A DNA stretch of 62,819 bases from Macrostomum lignano. Its lineage: Eukaryota. Below are positions 1 through 12,839 of this stretch, piece by piece. Within the stretch, counting starts at the first letter, position 1; the number at the start of each line of letters is the position of its first letter. The position numbers were made by a program, and so were the translations under genes. The stretch lies in contig NIVC01004051.1 of NCBI GenBank assembly GCA_002269645.1, positions 1-62,819 on the forward strand. Direction: 5' to 3'. The notes under the pieces are model-generated. The model did no database searches. It was not told the origin of the DNA and saw nothing but the letters and a program-made list of their open reading frames with translations.

Positions 1-228
1 GACCCAATTAATGAGCCCAATGACCGAACTGGGACTAATCAATGACCAATTAATGAGCCCAATGACCGAACTGGGACTAATCAATGACCCAATTAATGAG
101 CCAATGACCGAACTGGGACTAATCAATGACCCAATTAATGAGCCCAATGACCGAACTAGGACTAATCAATGACCGAATCATGAGCCCAATGACCGAACTG
201 GGACTAATCAATGACCCAATTAATGAGC
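1..228. repeat. 43-bp tandem repeat (GACCCAATTAATGAGCCCAATGACCGAACTGGGACTAATCAAT), about 5 copies, cut by the window start
   Basis: Unit read directly at 1, 44, about 85, 127 and 170, with few substitutions. Confidence 0.9.
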
Positions 229-1755
229 CTTTGGGTGTTGAGCCATGACCCGAATTCGGGCCATCCGTCTGCTCATGGTTAAAGGTGCACAGTGCATTGG
301 AGGCACAAAAGGTGAACAAAGTAGGAATTGTGTATTGGTGGAGTGAAAGGTGAAAAAAGGTGCACAGTGGGCACTTTAGGCGTAGAGGCAATGCAAGGGG
401 CGTTCCTCACTATTCTTTGAACAGATTCAAAACTTTTCCTGAGTATTTGAAAGTCATTAAAACTTATCAGTATAGGAGATGTTTACTTTCGTGGTTTGTC
501 AGGAGTTGGAAGGGATAGCAGCGATTAGTATAGGTGTAAATGTAAATAAAGCTTTTCTATGTTATATCGGTGCGTGTAATGTACGAGTATGTAACTCTCA
601 GTTAATTTTTTGTTACAAATTATTAATGCGTTAATATTCGTGCATAGGCATGGAAGGTGAGCGAGGTGCACAAAATAGACACTTTAAGGGTATATTTCGA
701 GCGTGTTTTGGAAATGCACCTGTATACATACCTTAGGTATTTACGCCGCACATGTACACCTTATGCACCTGCTGTGCCTCACTTGTGAGCCTGCTGTCAC
801 CTTTTGCGCACCTCCAGTGCCCCTTACGCACCTTTACTGCCCCTACCGCCGCAACCAATTAAAATTGAGAATTCACCTACTGTCTGACCACTTCACCGAT
901 TTTACACCTTTCATGCCTCTTTTCAAAATATTAGTGACATTTAGGCATAAAAGGTGCACTCAGTTGCATTTCCAAGCATTTCCATAGGTCACTAAGGTGC
1001 CTCTTGTGCACCTCGCTCACCTTTTATGCCTCTGCAGGTGCATAACTTTTCCAACGGGCAAGTTAAATTAAATTTCCATTTCTAATCAACTGCAGTATCC
1101 CGACTCTTCAGTTATTGTGTTATTATCAATAAACAAATGATTCAATAATCAAACTCCGTAGCTCGTGCTTGCCAAGTGAGTTAATTTTACCGTTCAAATA
1201 TTTATTGAATTTTTGCCCAGCGAAGTGCATTGGCAAATTTAACAATAAATTAATATTAGATTAGTTGTATGTCGGACCTAATTGTGCTGCTGACTTGCAT
1301 TTATCCGATGACAGTTTATGTTTATTGAAATTTGTCAATTCAAATCTAAAATCAACACTACCGTTCGTGTACTTTTGGATATCAAATAATTACTCTTATC
1401 TATCTATGGATTGCGCTGCTCCAAGGTCTGTGAAGTTTTACCTGTCCTGGGTTCGCTGTCGATCAGGTTAATTACTTTTATTGCCTGGAATCTGCACTCT
1501 TAAAACTGTGTTTTTCCCTTCGTTTTTGCTCTTACAGCATTGCTGCGACTGTGTGCTTATCTATGCTGATTTGCCATTTTTTCTTTGTTGTTCTGCCTGC
1601 TCTTGTGTCACTTTTTCTGGTTGACCGGCCAGCCGTTCTAAACGGGAATATTAAATCTTTGTTTTATATACCAGAGTTGTCTTAATTGTCTAGTTGTTTG
1701 TTGCTTTATAAAGTAGTTGGCTCCTTAAGTGCACTGCCACCACCACCCACAGATT

Positions 1756-2170
1756 CCCAGTTGCTTGGCCAGCCTCCCAGATCCTCAGCTGCTGGGCCAG
1801 CCTCCCAGATCCTCAGTTGCTGGGCCAGCCTCCCAGATCCTCAGCTGCTGGGCCAGCCTTCCAGATCCTCAGCTGCTGGCCAGCCTCCCAGATCCTCAGT
1901 TGCTGGGCCAGCCTCCCAGATCCTCAGTGCTGGGCCAGCCTCCCAGATCCTCAGCTGCTGGGCCAGCCTCCCAGATCCTCAGTTGCTGTGCCAGCCTCCC
2001 AGATCCTCAGTTGCTGGGCCAGCCTCCCAGATCCTCAGCTGCTGGGCCAGCCTCCCACATCCTCAGCTGCTGGGCCACCGCCACTCTCCCAGATCCTCAG
2101 TTGCTGGGCCACCGCCACTCTCCCAGATCCTCAGTTGCTGGGCCACCGCCACTCTCCCAGATCCTCAGCG
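1756..2170. repeat. 28-bp minisatellite array A (GCTGGGCCAGCCTCCCAGATCCTCAGTT); the last 3 units carry a CACCGCCACT variant
   Basis: Direct repeats; three overlapping + ORFs cycle through the same 28-aa string, as expected for a stop-free 28-nt unit. Confidence 0.95.
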
Positions 2171-2630
2171 CTCGGTCGCTCCCCTGCAGATGAAATGAGA
2201 ATCTGAGCAAGCGGAAGCAATATATGTAGCAACTTGATTTTCCGTACTTACCAATTTTCTTTACTCAAAGACTACTTTAAACGCTTGTGTTATGTAAATA
2301 TCTGTCCATGTACAAGCACATCCATGCAGTTGAAAATTTACACATTTTATACAATATAATCAACAGTGTGTCCAAGCTCAGCTCGCTACTTCTCAAAGCC
2401 TCAGTGTCTTATAATAGAATAGAGTTTTAAGCTGGCTTTGTGTTCGATTTTTCTTTGCCTTTTGCGTCTTTAAATTTTGTCTGCTTTTGTTTTAGTTTTT
2501 AAAGCTTCAAAATCGAACTTCTTTAATTGAGTTTTCAATTCAAACCATTGAATTTGTTACCTTAGATTCTGAAAGCTCGTGTTCTGGCATTTATGCTGCA
2601 GCCTCCCCAAACTCCATCTCCAGAACCACA

Positions 2631-3497
2631 CCCAGATCCTCAGCTGCTGGCCAGCCTCCCAGATCCTCAGTTGCTGGGCCAGCCTCCCAGATCCTCAGTT
2701 GCTGGGCCAGCCTCCCAGATCCTCAGTTGCTGGGCCAGCCTCCCAGATCCTCAGTTGCTGTGCCAGCCTCCCAGATCCTCAGTTGCTGGGCCAGCCTCCC
2801 AGATCCTCAGTTGCTGGGCCAGCCTCCCAGATCCTCAGTTGCTGGGCCAGCCTCCCAGATCCTCAGTTGCTGGGCCAGCCTCCCAGATCCTCAGTTGCTG
2901 TGCCAGCCTCCCAGATCCTCAGTTGCTGGGCCAGCCTCCCAGATCCTCAGTTGCTGGGCCAGCCTCCCAGATCCTCAGTTGCTGGGCCAGCCTCCCAGAT
3001 CCTCAGTTGCTGGGCCAGCCTCTCAAATCCTCAGTTGCTGGGCCAGCCTCCCAGATCCTCAGTTGCTGGGCCAGCCTCCAATCCTCAGTTGCTGGGCCAG
3101 CCTCCCAGATCCTCAGTTGCTGGGCCAGCCTCCCAGATCCTCAGTTGCTGGGCCAGCCTCCCAGATCCTCAGTTGCTGTGCCAGCCTCCCAGATCCTCAG
3201 TTGCTGGGCCAGCCTCCCAGATCCTCAGTTGCTGGGCCAGCCTCCCAGATCCTCAGTTGCTGGGCCAGCCTCCCAGATCCTCAGTTGCTGGGCCAGCCTC
3301 TCAATCCTCAGTTGCTGGGCCAGCCTCCAGATCCTCAGTTGCTGGGCCAGCCTCTCAAATCCTCAGTTGCTGGGCCAGCCTCCCAGATCCTCAGTTGCTG
3401 GGCCAGCCTCTCAAATCCTCAGTTGCTGGGCCAGCCTCCCAGATCCTCAGTTGCTGGGCCAGCCTCCCAGATGCTCAGTTGCTGGGCCAGCCTCCCA
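2631..3497. repeat. 28-bp minisatellite array B, same unit as array A, about 30 copies
   Basis: Direct repeats seen in sequence. Confidence 0.95.
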
Positions 3498-4544
3498 GAC
3501 ACTTGCATAGAATTCGTTGGTTTGAATTCTACAAAAGTAATTATTCTCCATAATCGTGCAACATTCTTCTCTGCATTCCGTTCCCATATCTCATATTTAT
3601 TGTGATTTGTATGTCCATCTGCGCACCGTCTGTGAGCACTGTTTTATTGTGCGTAGATCATTGTCAATTGTTATGCAGTCTCAAGTTGCCTTTAGGTGCG
3701 CCCGGTTTTCTTTAGTAAAACGCAAGCGGCCTGTCGCCATATTGAATGGCAGTTTTATGTTCAAATTTGCTACTCAATAAACAGTAATCGATACAGGCTT
3801 TTTGCGCTGCTGTCGCCCCAGCACCTCCGTCTCTTACCTGTGCTAGCGGTGCCGCTTTCACATTTTTACCCCAGCTGATTAATTTATCCTACCAAATATG
3901 CAGCCTAGTACTTCAATACTGACTTCTCACTTTACTCTCTGCAGACTCAAGTTTGTTGTTTGCGTTTTTTGCTCTCTTAGAACTTTTTGCCTGCTTTGTC
4001 TTTTTATCTTAACGTTTTTTATCCAGCTTTTTCCCTCTGTTCACGCGGGCGGCGGCGGCGCGGCTGTCTCGCTGCTCCGCCTGTGTTCTCGTCCTCGGCT
4101 GTCTGTTGTGGTGCTTTTTCCCTCAGTTTTCTAGACATCTGACCCCCAGCGTTTTGTTTGCCCCGGCACGCTACTGAAAGAAGTAGTTGCGTTTCAAAAA
4201 CTGTTAAATTTCACCTTTGGTCGTACTCGGACCTGCAGCTTTTTTGAAACTAAAAACAATTCTCAACGCTGACAGTGTCAAAGTAATTATTAAATCACAA
4301 TAAATTGTGGATTGATTTGATTCAATAGCCGATTTTCTAGCCTTAAAACTGATCGTTTCTACCTGCCCTCACCTGAAAACTTTTGGTCGGAGCGGTCTGG
4401 CGAGCTTTACTTTTATTTCTCTCTGTTGTCACTTAGCCAATTTTCTATATGAAATAAAAACTGGGACAATTGGAAAATCGATAACCGGTCTCACCGTGTC
4501 TCAGTCTCCCTTATGTCTCCCTTACATCGCAATTTATAGCCCTT

Positions 4545-4685
4545 CGCGTACGTACGCCTACGCAATTCTCAGCCCCCTTATGTACACCTACGCAATTCTC
4601 AGACCCCTTATGTACACCTACGCAATTCTCAGACCCCTTATGTACACCTACGCAATTCTCAGACCCCTTATGTACACCTACGCAA
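4545..4685. repeat. 30-bp tandem repeat (CGCAATTCTCAGACCCCTTATGTACACCTA), 4-5 copies
   Basis: Direct repeats; ORF 4496..4753 repeats YAILRPLMYT. Confidence 0.9.
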
Positions 4686-5944
4686 TCGACAGCCTCCCTT
4701 GTGTAAGTTGTGTACAATGTTCACGTACACCCACCTATTTTTATTTCAGTTAGCTTTCATTTTATGATACATATTTAGTATTTATACATTCTAGAAATTA
4801 AGATACGAATCGCACCGTCTGAGCCGTTTGAGCTAATCAATTCCCGGTAGGTGAGGGGTGACAGGTCTCGTAGTGGCTTATGGATAGTCGCTTAAAAGCT
4901 TTATAGCGTTAGCGGCAGCTGCTTAGCCGCTCCACTTCAGACTGAACTGGCGCTCTTCCTGCGACGCCACTCCCCGATTCCCAGTGTGTTTCGAGCAGTA
5001 TTATAAATTACTCGGGGCTATTCGATCCGGCCGTCCTGCCCTCCGGTCTCTCATCGCCTCCGCTAACAAAGTCCCGTCTCTTCCTCCTCCTCCTTGAGTC
5101 TCCATTATTTTTTATTGACAGAAATTCTGAGGGAAAGTAATCCCGGCTTCTCCGCCAGTCTCAGGGCGGATAAATGCGTCTGCTGCGACTAGTGCGTCTT
5201 TCGAACCCCTCGTGGATTACAAAAAAATTCATGCAGAGTCGCGGGGCGCTGCATGCTTTTGGCCGAAATGGATGAGGAGAAAAATTCCCAATTCCTGTGG
5301 GACTGGGAGATGGAAAACATCAGCCGAGAGGTAAGCAAGCTGAGAAAGAAGAGCCACGGGGATCAGGATGGGGACGGGATCAATACCTGGGTTGGGGGGA
5401 GAGAATTTATGCCATCCCTGCTGCAAGATCCATGCAAATCTTGGCACAAATAGTAACTGGATACGATCGACAGACTCTTGCACCGATGCAGCTAGCGGGC
5501 CTTTTTCTCTCTCTTCCCATCTCCCCATCCCATCGCTGCGGCACTCCCCGATCTGGCCATCCGGCCGCACCGCGTCTTCACTCCTTCGGGCTTGCAAAGT
5601 GGGGTCGCGCCCCGCCGGAGAAAAGAGCAGCAATTTGCTCTCTCCGGTTCCCGCTGCTCCGGAGCGAAGTGAGAATTGGAAACTCAGAGAAAGGCTACAC
5701 GGGGCTCCCTGCTCGGGTGACGCCCGACGCGAAATGTCAAAACCTATCCTGCTGTCCCCGCCTCCGCCCTCTGCCCCCGAGAGCCCTAGTTTGCTTTGGG
5801 ATTGTTTTTTTTTACATTCTTAACTCCCATTGGCTGGCGTTGCCCCGGCAACCATTCTGCTGATCGGGGAGTGGCGAGGAAAGTTTTTAAGGAGGAGAGG
5901 AGGGGAGGCTGGGAAAAATCTGAGTGAGCTCGAACTGGACTGGA

Positions 5945-5966
5945 TATAAAACCCGGATGCTCAGTT
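5945..5966 (+). promoter_or_regulatory. Possible TATA box (TATAAAA) and Inr-like TCAGTT upstream of the iGluR/IR gene
   Basis: TATAAAA at 5945-5951, about 80 nt before ATG 6028. The TCAGTT at 5961 is closer to the TATA than the canonical spacing, so this is weak. Confidence 0.3.
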
Positions 5967-6027
5967 CACACCAGACCAGCCAAGTAGTACGCGCCCCTTC
6001 CTGTTGAGATCCAAAGCCACAATCAGC

Positions 6028-9000
6028 ATGTCACCCAAGAAGCAGCACTTCAACTTTCTTCTGCTGCTTCTGCTAGTTATGGGCCAGCAGTCATTCGGTA
6101 TGATCGGCAACACCTACTATTTCCGTGAGTTCTTCGAAACATTCTGTTGCTGACTAACTGCTAGTAAATTAATCACCGTATAGAATGATTTAACGTCCTG
6201 AATATCCCAACGCGCACGTGTCCCTCAATTTTAGTGGCGGTCTACGATGCCCAGAATCGCGACCTGCTGGCCGCGGCGCAGAAGGCGATCGCCGATCTGA
6301 ACGCCGGCACGCCCAGCGCTGTCCTGCCAGCCGGGAAGACCATCAACGTGACGGCTGTGCAATCCGGCTCTGAGTCGCTGTTCCAGACTGGTGAGTTACT
6401 GGAGACTCCATTCGCGAGGTGTTGCCGCATTGCACGGTAACGATCCCCCTTGCATACGAATACGTGCTGCGTGTACAGCGGCCCTGACTTTCTCAGGCAT
6501 GTGCAATGCTCTGATATTTGGGTTTGGCCTCACAATCCGTGAAGTACGCGACAAAATTTCCGCGTCAAAACCCCTAGTTACTGTGGAATCGAACTCGGGG
6601 GCACGAGAGTCAGGCGCGCTACCGCTGCTACTCAACCGTGCACACCATTGAGCACACATCCGACGAATAGACTGAAGCGCCGACAAGTGTACCTTCCACA
6701 GTCTAAATCAAAGCACTTCTGTGCCTGAAATCTCATTTACTTCGAAGTAGATGCTCTAACATGCAGTGAATAAATCAAGCAGCAGTTTCACCTTAATTTC
6801 TGAATACCTACCGCAGTTTGCAAGACAGGTAACGAGCACCTGCTGTGGATCGATGGCATCCTTGACTTCACCGCCCGGCCGTCCTGCGTTGAGGATCTAG
6901 CCAGAAATCTTGACGCGCCAATTATTAGGGCCTCCATGGAGCTCACGAACGATGTGCCGAACGTTCACCCATCGCCTAGGAACTACATGCGAGCTGTGGC
7001 AGCCCTGCTGCTAAGGGACAATGCTACCCGCGATGGCATCATGGTGCTGTATGATGCTTCATTCGGTAAGATTGCCTGTTTTCTAGTTTGTACTGCTTTC
7101 TACAAAAACCGTGCTTGTAATAGTTTGCCTACTAAACCATCTGCCACCAAAAACACAGACGCGGGCTCCATCCTGCCCTACGAGGACTACAGCTGGTATC
7201 CGCCAATCTACCTGCGCAAAATCCCTACCACAGCTGTTGAAGTGGCCACTCTGCTAGACGAAGCCAAGACTCTGCGCATTGCCGACTTTGTGGTCGCCTC
7301 TTCTGTGTCGAACGCGGCCATGGTTGTGCAGCAGGCCGGAGTGAAGTCGCTCATGGGCGGCATCTATCACTGGTTCGTAGTCACCAAGGACTTGCAGGAT
7401 TTCTCCTGCTCCGGCTGCGGCTCCGGCTCCAGTCTGTTCTTCTTCCGACAGACGGCAGCGGATGCAACTCGGGCTACGGCGGTGTTCACTGCGGTGCAGT
7501 CGGCCACGGGCGTTGCGGTGGCCGAGAGTCGCAAGGTCGACGTATTATTCGCCTACGAGGCGGCCGAGACTATGGGCCGAGTGATCAAGGCTCAGACTGA
7601 TGCCGGGTCTTTCGGCAACGCCACCAACTGGCTGGTGTGCAGCGGGGCGTACAGCCCGTCCACGCCTGTGCGCTACAACGACTACACTGCTAAGCTGAAG
7701 GCTGTGAGCGACGCTTCGTGCTATTCCAGTCATTTCGGCAATCTCGTTTATTCATACCGTATTAACATGCATGAACTATCCTGAACAAATTTACAGTTGC
7801 CGAGCTTCTCCAGCGTTATGGGTAACGTAGCGTTCGCCAATACGCTGAGGAACACTGACACGACATTCAAGATCGCCCAGATTGTTTACCCCGGCCCCAC
7901 TGTGAACAATGTGAGCTGAGAGATTTTCTCATTCTTATGTAACTTGTGTTGAAAACAGCATCGCTTTTCTCGATAACAATAAATTTCTGTCTGGGCAGAT
8001 CGGCACCTGGACCAAGGCGGCTGGCTTGGCCGGCTCAGTGTCAACCATCTCTCTCAGCTACATGACCATCCGCAATCTGATTGTCCGACTAACTCACGTA
8101 AGAGAGCCGCACACAGCAAAGTTTGTAATGCTCTACGTATATTTTCACCATTTATCTGTAACGACTTCATCACGCACTGACAGGATCCGCCATTCGTGAT
8201 CAAGAAGACTGACGGCACATTCGAAGGCTACAGCATCGACATGCTGAAGAACTTAGCCACCAACATGAACTTCAATTACACCCTGGTTGAGCAGACTGAC
8301 GGCATCTACGGCACTCTGCAGTCAGATGGCACCTGGAATGGCATGATGGGCGCCCTCGCCAGTGGGGTGAGAAGCAATTAGGGCCTGACTTGACTGAGGC
8401 TAACTGACTGTACTGTGAGCTCGGTAAGTAATTAAATATACAAAAACAAAACGCAGGTCGCAGACATGGCCATCGGTCCCATCACGGTGACGGCGCAGCG
8501 CGAGCAGATAGCCGACTTCACTGTGCCAATCTACGACTACGTGTCGCTGCAGATTCTGCTGCTACAGCCGACCAGCTCCAAGGGCGACCAGACTTTCTTC
8601 CTCAAAGCGTTCACCTGGGACGTGTGGGTTAGCATCATTGCCATCATCACCTTCACCGGTTTTCTCATTTTCTTTGTTGACAAGTGAGTACGTTCTCTCT
8701 TCTCTTTATTTATTATCTTCTAAAGGCAACCTGTTACAATCACTCAGCTTAACAAACCCCGCCATTGCAGGGTGAGCCCGTTCTCCTTCCAAAACCGCTA
8801 CCGGAACGATCAAATCCGCGAGGGCGAGGCGGAGGGCAAGGTGTTCACCGTGAAGGAGTCGCTCTGGTACGTGCTTGGCGCCTACACCCAGGCTGGCGAG
8901 AGCTTCGATCCCCGCTCGATGTCCTGCCGCACCATCATTGTGGGCTTCTGGCTGTTCGGCTACCTCATGATGTCGCTCTACACCGCCAACCTCGCCGCCC

Positions 9001-11319
9001 AGCTGACGGTGGACAAGCTGTCTCAGCCACCGCAGAGTTTCGACGAGCTGACCACCCAGGTGGCTATGAAGTACACCGTGATCAAGGACACCGCCTCCTA
9101 CGAGCATTTCATGCGAATGAAGGACGCCGAGGCCAACCTGTACAACTACTGGCTGACCAGCGGCATCGGCACGGAGGAGACCGTCGACCAGCTGGCCTCC
9201 CTGGTCACCTGGAAGTACCCGGTGATCGAACGGTACACCACCGTGTGGAACCGCATGACCAAGTGGGGCTTCGCCACCAGCACAGAGCAGGCGCTCGACC
9301 GAGTCCGAAAAGAGAACATCGCCATCTTCCTGGAGAGCTCGCTGGTGAAATATTACACGGCCAAGACCTGCGACTTTATGACTGTCGGAGACCCGTTCGC
9401 GCCGAGACCCTACGGCATCGCTCTGCGCAACAAGTCGCCACTGCTCAAACAGATGAATGTCGCGTGAGTTGGTGCTCAACAGTAAGATTATGTTGACTTT
9501 AGCAGTGCAAGCATTTACTGGTTGCTAAGGAAATAACTTGAAGTGACATGCTCACAAACCCATAAAAATATTAGAACTAAAGTTTCAAAAAATCAGTCTG
9601 TGCAGAATGCATTTTTTCATCTGATCACTCGGATTTCACCCCTGTGCAAGATGGAGCCAAATCGATTGCAACCAGTTAATTAGGCTGTCGAATTGCCGCC
9701 ATATTGCCTTAAGCTAAACGTCCCCCAAGTAACGCATGACAGGTTGGCGACCCGAAACCTGATAGCTGACTGTATTGACATTTCGTCATTATTAGCAGTT
9801 ATAAGGTATTGAATTTCAATGTAATCTTCGGGCCGGACTCAAATTACTCAGACCCAATGTTTTCCACCTAACTGGTGTCTGTTGATTGCCTTAATAGAGC
9901 GGCTGGATTCAAAACTTTTCACCGTGTTCTACAGAAAAAATGCATTTTCAATAAATTGTTTAGTCAATGTATGATAGAAATTATTTAATACAAAAATAAA
10001 TGAGGTGGCTGTTCAGGAGTAGGTGGCTGTTAAGGAGTGAGGTGGCTGTTAAGGAGTGAGGTGGCTGTTAAGGAGTGAGGTGGCTGTTAAGGAGTGAGGT
10101 GGCTGATAAGGAATGAGGTGGCTGTAAGGAGTGAGGTGGCTGTTAAGGAGTGAGGTGGCTGTAAGGAGTGAGGTGGCTGTAAGGAGTGAGGTGGCTGTTA
10201 AGAGTGAGGTGGCTGTTAAGGAGTGAGGTGGCTGTTAAGGAGTGTGGTGGCTGTTAAGGAGTGTGGTGGCTGTTAAGGAGTGTGGTGGCTGTTAAGGAGT
10301 GAGGTGGCTGTTAAGGAGTGAGGTGGCTGTTAAGGAGTGAAAGGAGTGAGGTGGCTGATAAGGAGTGAGGTGGCTGTTAAGGAGTGAGGTGGCTGTTAAG
10401 GAGTGAGGTGGCTGTAGAGAAGCGAGTTATCTATAAAATGTGGCAGTTACAAACTTTGTTATAGCCTAGGGCAAGCTAAAAGTGACACCCCCTTTGGAAC
10501 TTCAGCATCCTGTCTCTGAACGAGAATCGCGTCACCGAGACACTGAAGCAGTACTGGTGGTCGCGAGATAAGGTTACCTGTCAGGCCACTTCGTCTGCCT
10601 CGTCAGGTGAGCCAGATTTGATTTGAGTCGGTTATTCTTCAATGCTTTTCATTGAATCAAAAGTTCTTTTATAACATGCAATCCAATTCCACCGCCAGGC
10701 CTGAGCTTGGACACGCTGGGCGGCGCTTTTATCTTCTTCTGCATTGGCGTCGGCATCGCCCTAATCATGTTTGTGGCGGAGAAAATTGTCGCTAAGGTCT
10801 ATGGCGTCGAATGGGCCAAAAATGTGCGCCTAAGTTTGCCGGGGCTGCTTTTTGCATTAAATTCTGCCTTATATCCTTGTCTGGATAAAACTTCAGAGTT
10901 TCTATTGTGTTTGTTTCCTTAAATTGATTATATTGCGAATGGAATCCGGAATGCATTGAGAATTAATATTTGCGGCTTTAACTACACTTAAATCCTATAG
11001 CTTTGGTTTATTACTTGCATTTTATGAGTATATGTATCGAAGTATCCAATATCAAGTCCATGTTTTTGCAAAGCAAACAAAATTTACTTTCTTAATTTTT
11101 TAGAACGCGGACGCCAAACAGGTAAACACGCTAATGATGATGATGGGCCCGTCCACCGCCAACTTGCGCGCCTCAAATTCCTCGATTCGGCCGGCCACGG
11201 GCGGCCTGCCCAGACCTATGACCGGCCATGGCCGTGGAAGTGGCACCGGACACGGTCGAAACAGCGTGGAACCGGTCAAGTCGCCGGACGTCATGGAGCT
11301 TGAACAGGGTGCCCGTTAG
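6028..11319 (+). CDS. Ionotropic glutamate receptor family protein, IR25a/IR8a co-receptor-like (signal peptide, ATD, S1, M1-M3, S2, M4)
   Basis: Exons with GT-AG boundaries and consistent phases: 6028-6124, 6235-6390, 6817-7065, 7159-7703, 7797-7910, 7999-8097, 8184-8366, 8457-8683, 8771-9463, 10506-10606, 10699-10823, 11104-11319. Motifs: DPPFV..GYSIDML, GTWNGMMGAL, DMAIGPITVTAQRE..DFTVP, SPFSFQN, ESLWYVLGAYTQAG, LYTANLAAQL, FMRMKDAEANLYNYW...LVTWKYPVIERYTTVW (IR25a-type S2 insertion, cf. AVWDYPVSDKYTKMW), PYGIAL, LKQYWW, LSLDTLGGAF. Confidence 0.9.
10002..10414. repeat. 19-bp G-rich minisatellite (GAGGTGGCTGTTAAGGAGT), about 21 copies, in intron 9 of the iGluR gene
   Basis: Direct repeats seen in sequence. 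Confidence 0.95.
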
Positions 11320-12186
11320 AATTTGTCAAGCGATGAGCAACGAAGCTCGTGTGTCGGTGTGTTTCATCTCACAACTGACCGCGTTAACTTGATATCGTTT
11401 ATGAGTTTAATAAGGGCTGTGTGAACTGAAAGTGCGAACTAATTAAAAGTTAATGTACAGACAGGGGAAGAAAACTAAGAGCCGTTATTCTGGGGCCAGT
11501 GGGGGTTGATCAGATGTACACTGAGGGTGAGAAAATCTACGGCCAGTGTGGGGTCGGATGGGTCGAAATGTACGTTCTGTGTAATAAAACTGAGGGGGTG
11601 GCTGGTTCCCTTTATTCCAGGGCAAGTGTTGGGTTAGCAGATAACGGTCGTCGATCAGTCTGTACACCAGGGGTAGGAAAAGTCAGGGTATGACTACAGT
11701 AGGGTCCCGGTTTAGAATAACAGAGAAGACAGAGTGAGTGGCTATCGATCGGTCAATTTTACGTACCGTTTGCTTTGTTTAAAAAGTCCGCTTTCAGATG
11801 AAGCTTATTATCGAACTCGTTGAAGACAGATTTTTTAATATTTTTACGAGTACATGTAGTGTGCTTTTAGTTTTTCTATTTTATCAACCCGTAGTATCAA
11901 AACAAACACTTGCACAGCAGCCAAGTTAGAGCGATACATTTATATTTCTATATGTTGTACAACAGCAGAATAAATCCCTTAGTTGTGTGTGTAGCTCATA
12001 GTTTACCTAGCGCAACCGAACTCCTGTGAACTCATGGGAAAGCACTTTAACTGGCTGTGCAAATTTTCTAAGCCAAATCTATCAAGGCTTGTGTGAACTA
12101 TGTAGTTATTTTTCCAGGTTTTTGTGACACTTTAATGCATTATTGCTTGGCTAACTGTAATCGACTCTTGCCCGAGATGCGCACTG

Positions 12187-12372
12187 AGCAACATGTTAAA
12201 GTTTCCACCCCGAAACCAGTGGTCAACTTTTCTCAGACCTCAACCCCATGTGACGCATCAACGGTTGGTGCTGATGCACAAGGCCTTAGCTCAGGCTGGT
12301 GAGGAGACAGTTTATGGAGTTATGGCTCTTGTAGACCACTAGGTTTTGGGGCGGTAACTTTAACATGTTGCT
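12187..12372. mobile_element. Small foldback/MITE-like element with about 39-bp terminal inverted repeats
   Basis: AGCAACATGTTAAAGTTTCCACCCCGAAACCAGTGGTC at the left pairs with GACCACTAGGTTTTGGGGCGGTAACTTTAACATGTTGCT at the right; no clear TSD. Confidence 0.65.
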
Positions 12373-12839
12373 GATGTTATTTATTCAAATGCACAAGATC
12401 AGATATTTTAAAAAAGATCAATCGGAATCAAAACTTTTTTATGCTTATGCATCTATTTTTATATAACATTACCTAACGCCGCACTGACACTTGGTTTTTC
12501 TTCTCTCGTGCAACTCTGTTTTATGAGGTGAGGTGGTGCATCTGAAATTTATATTCAAGCGTTTACCGCTTAGCACTTTTGTTTAACCTTGGAGTTTACT
12601 AAAACCAGACAAATATATATACCTGGTAACTCTTTTGTTTTGACGCACGCCAGAATTGATATTTGCCGCGGCAACTACTCTCTGTTGCAGCTGGATTTGC
12701 GCCAGAAATATTCATTCAATTTTCGCTTTTCCCAGTTCTTTTAAGTTTTATTTACTGTATGGTACTCATTAATCGAAGGGATGTCGCACAGCAGTTAAAT
12801 TGGATTTCCTAGAACTAGGCAACCAAAAAATACCCTGTT

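Noticed and set aside
283-845. Possible inverted-repeat element rich in GTGCAC motifs
   Set aside because: Arms match only loosely, and no termini or TSD could be defined
1686-3605. Overlapping 130-324-aa Pro/Gln-rich ORFs
   Set aside because: All three frames cycle the same 28-aa string from a 28-bp unit; no splice or family support
5229-5863. Several 130-190-aa ORFs upstream of the receptor
   Set aside because: No recognisable domain or splice structure; overlapping ORFs on both strands are expected in a GC-rich promoter-proximal region
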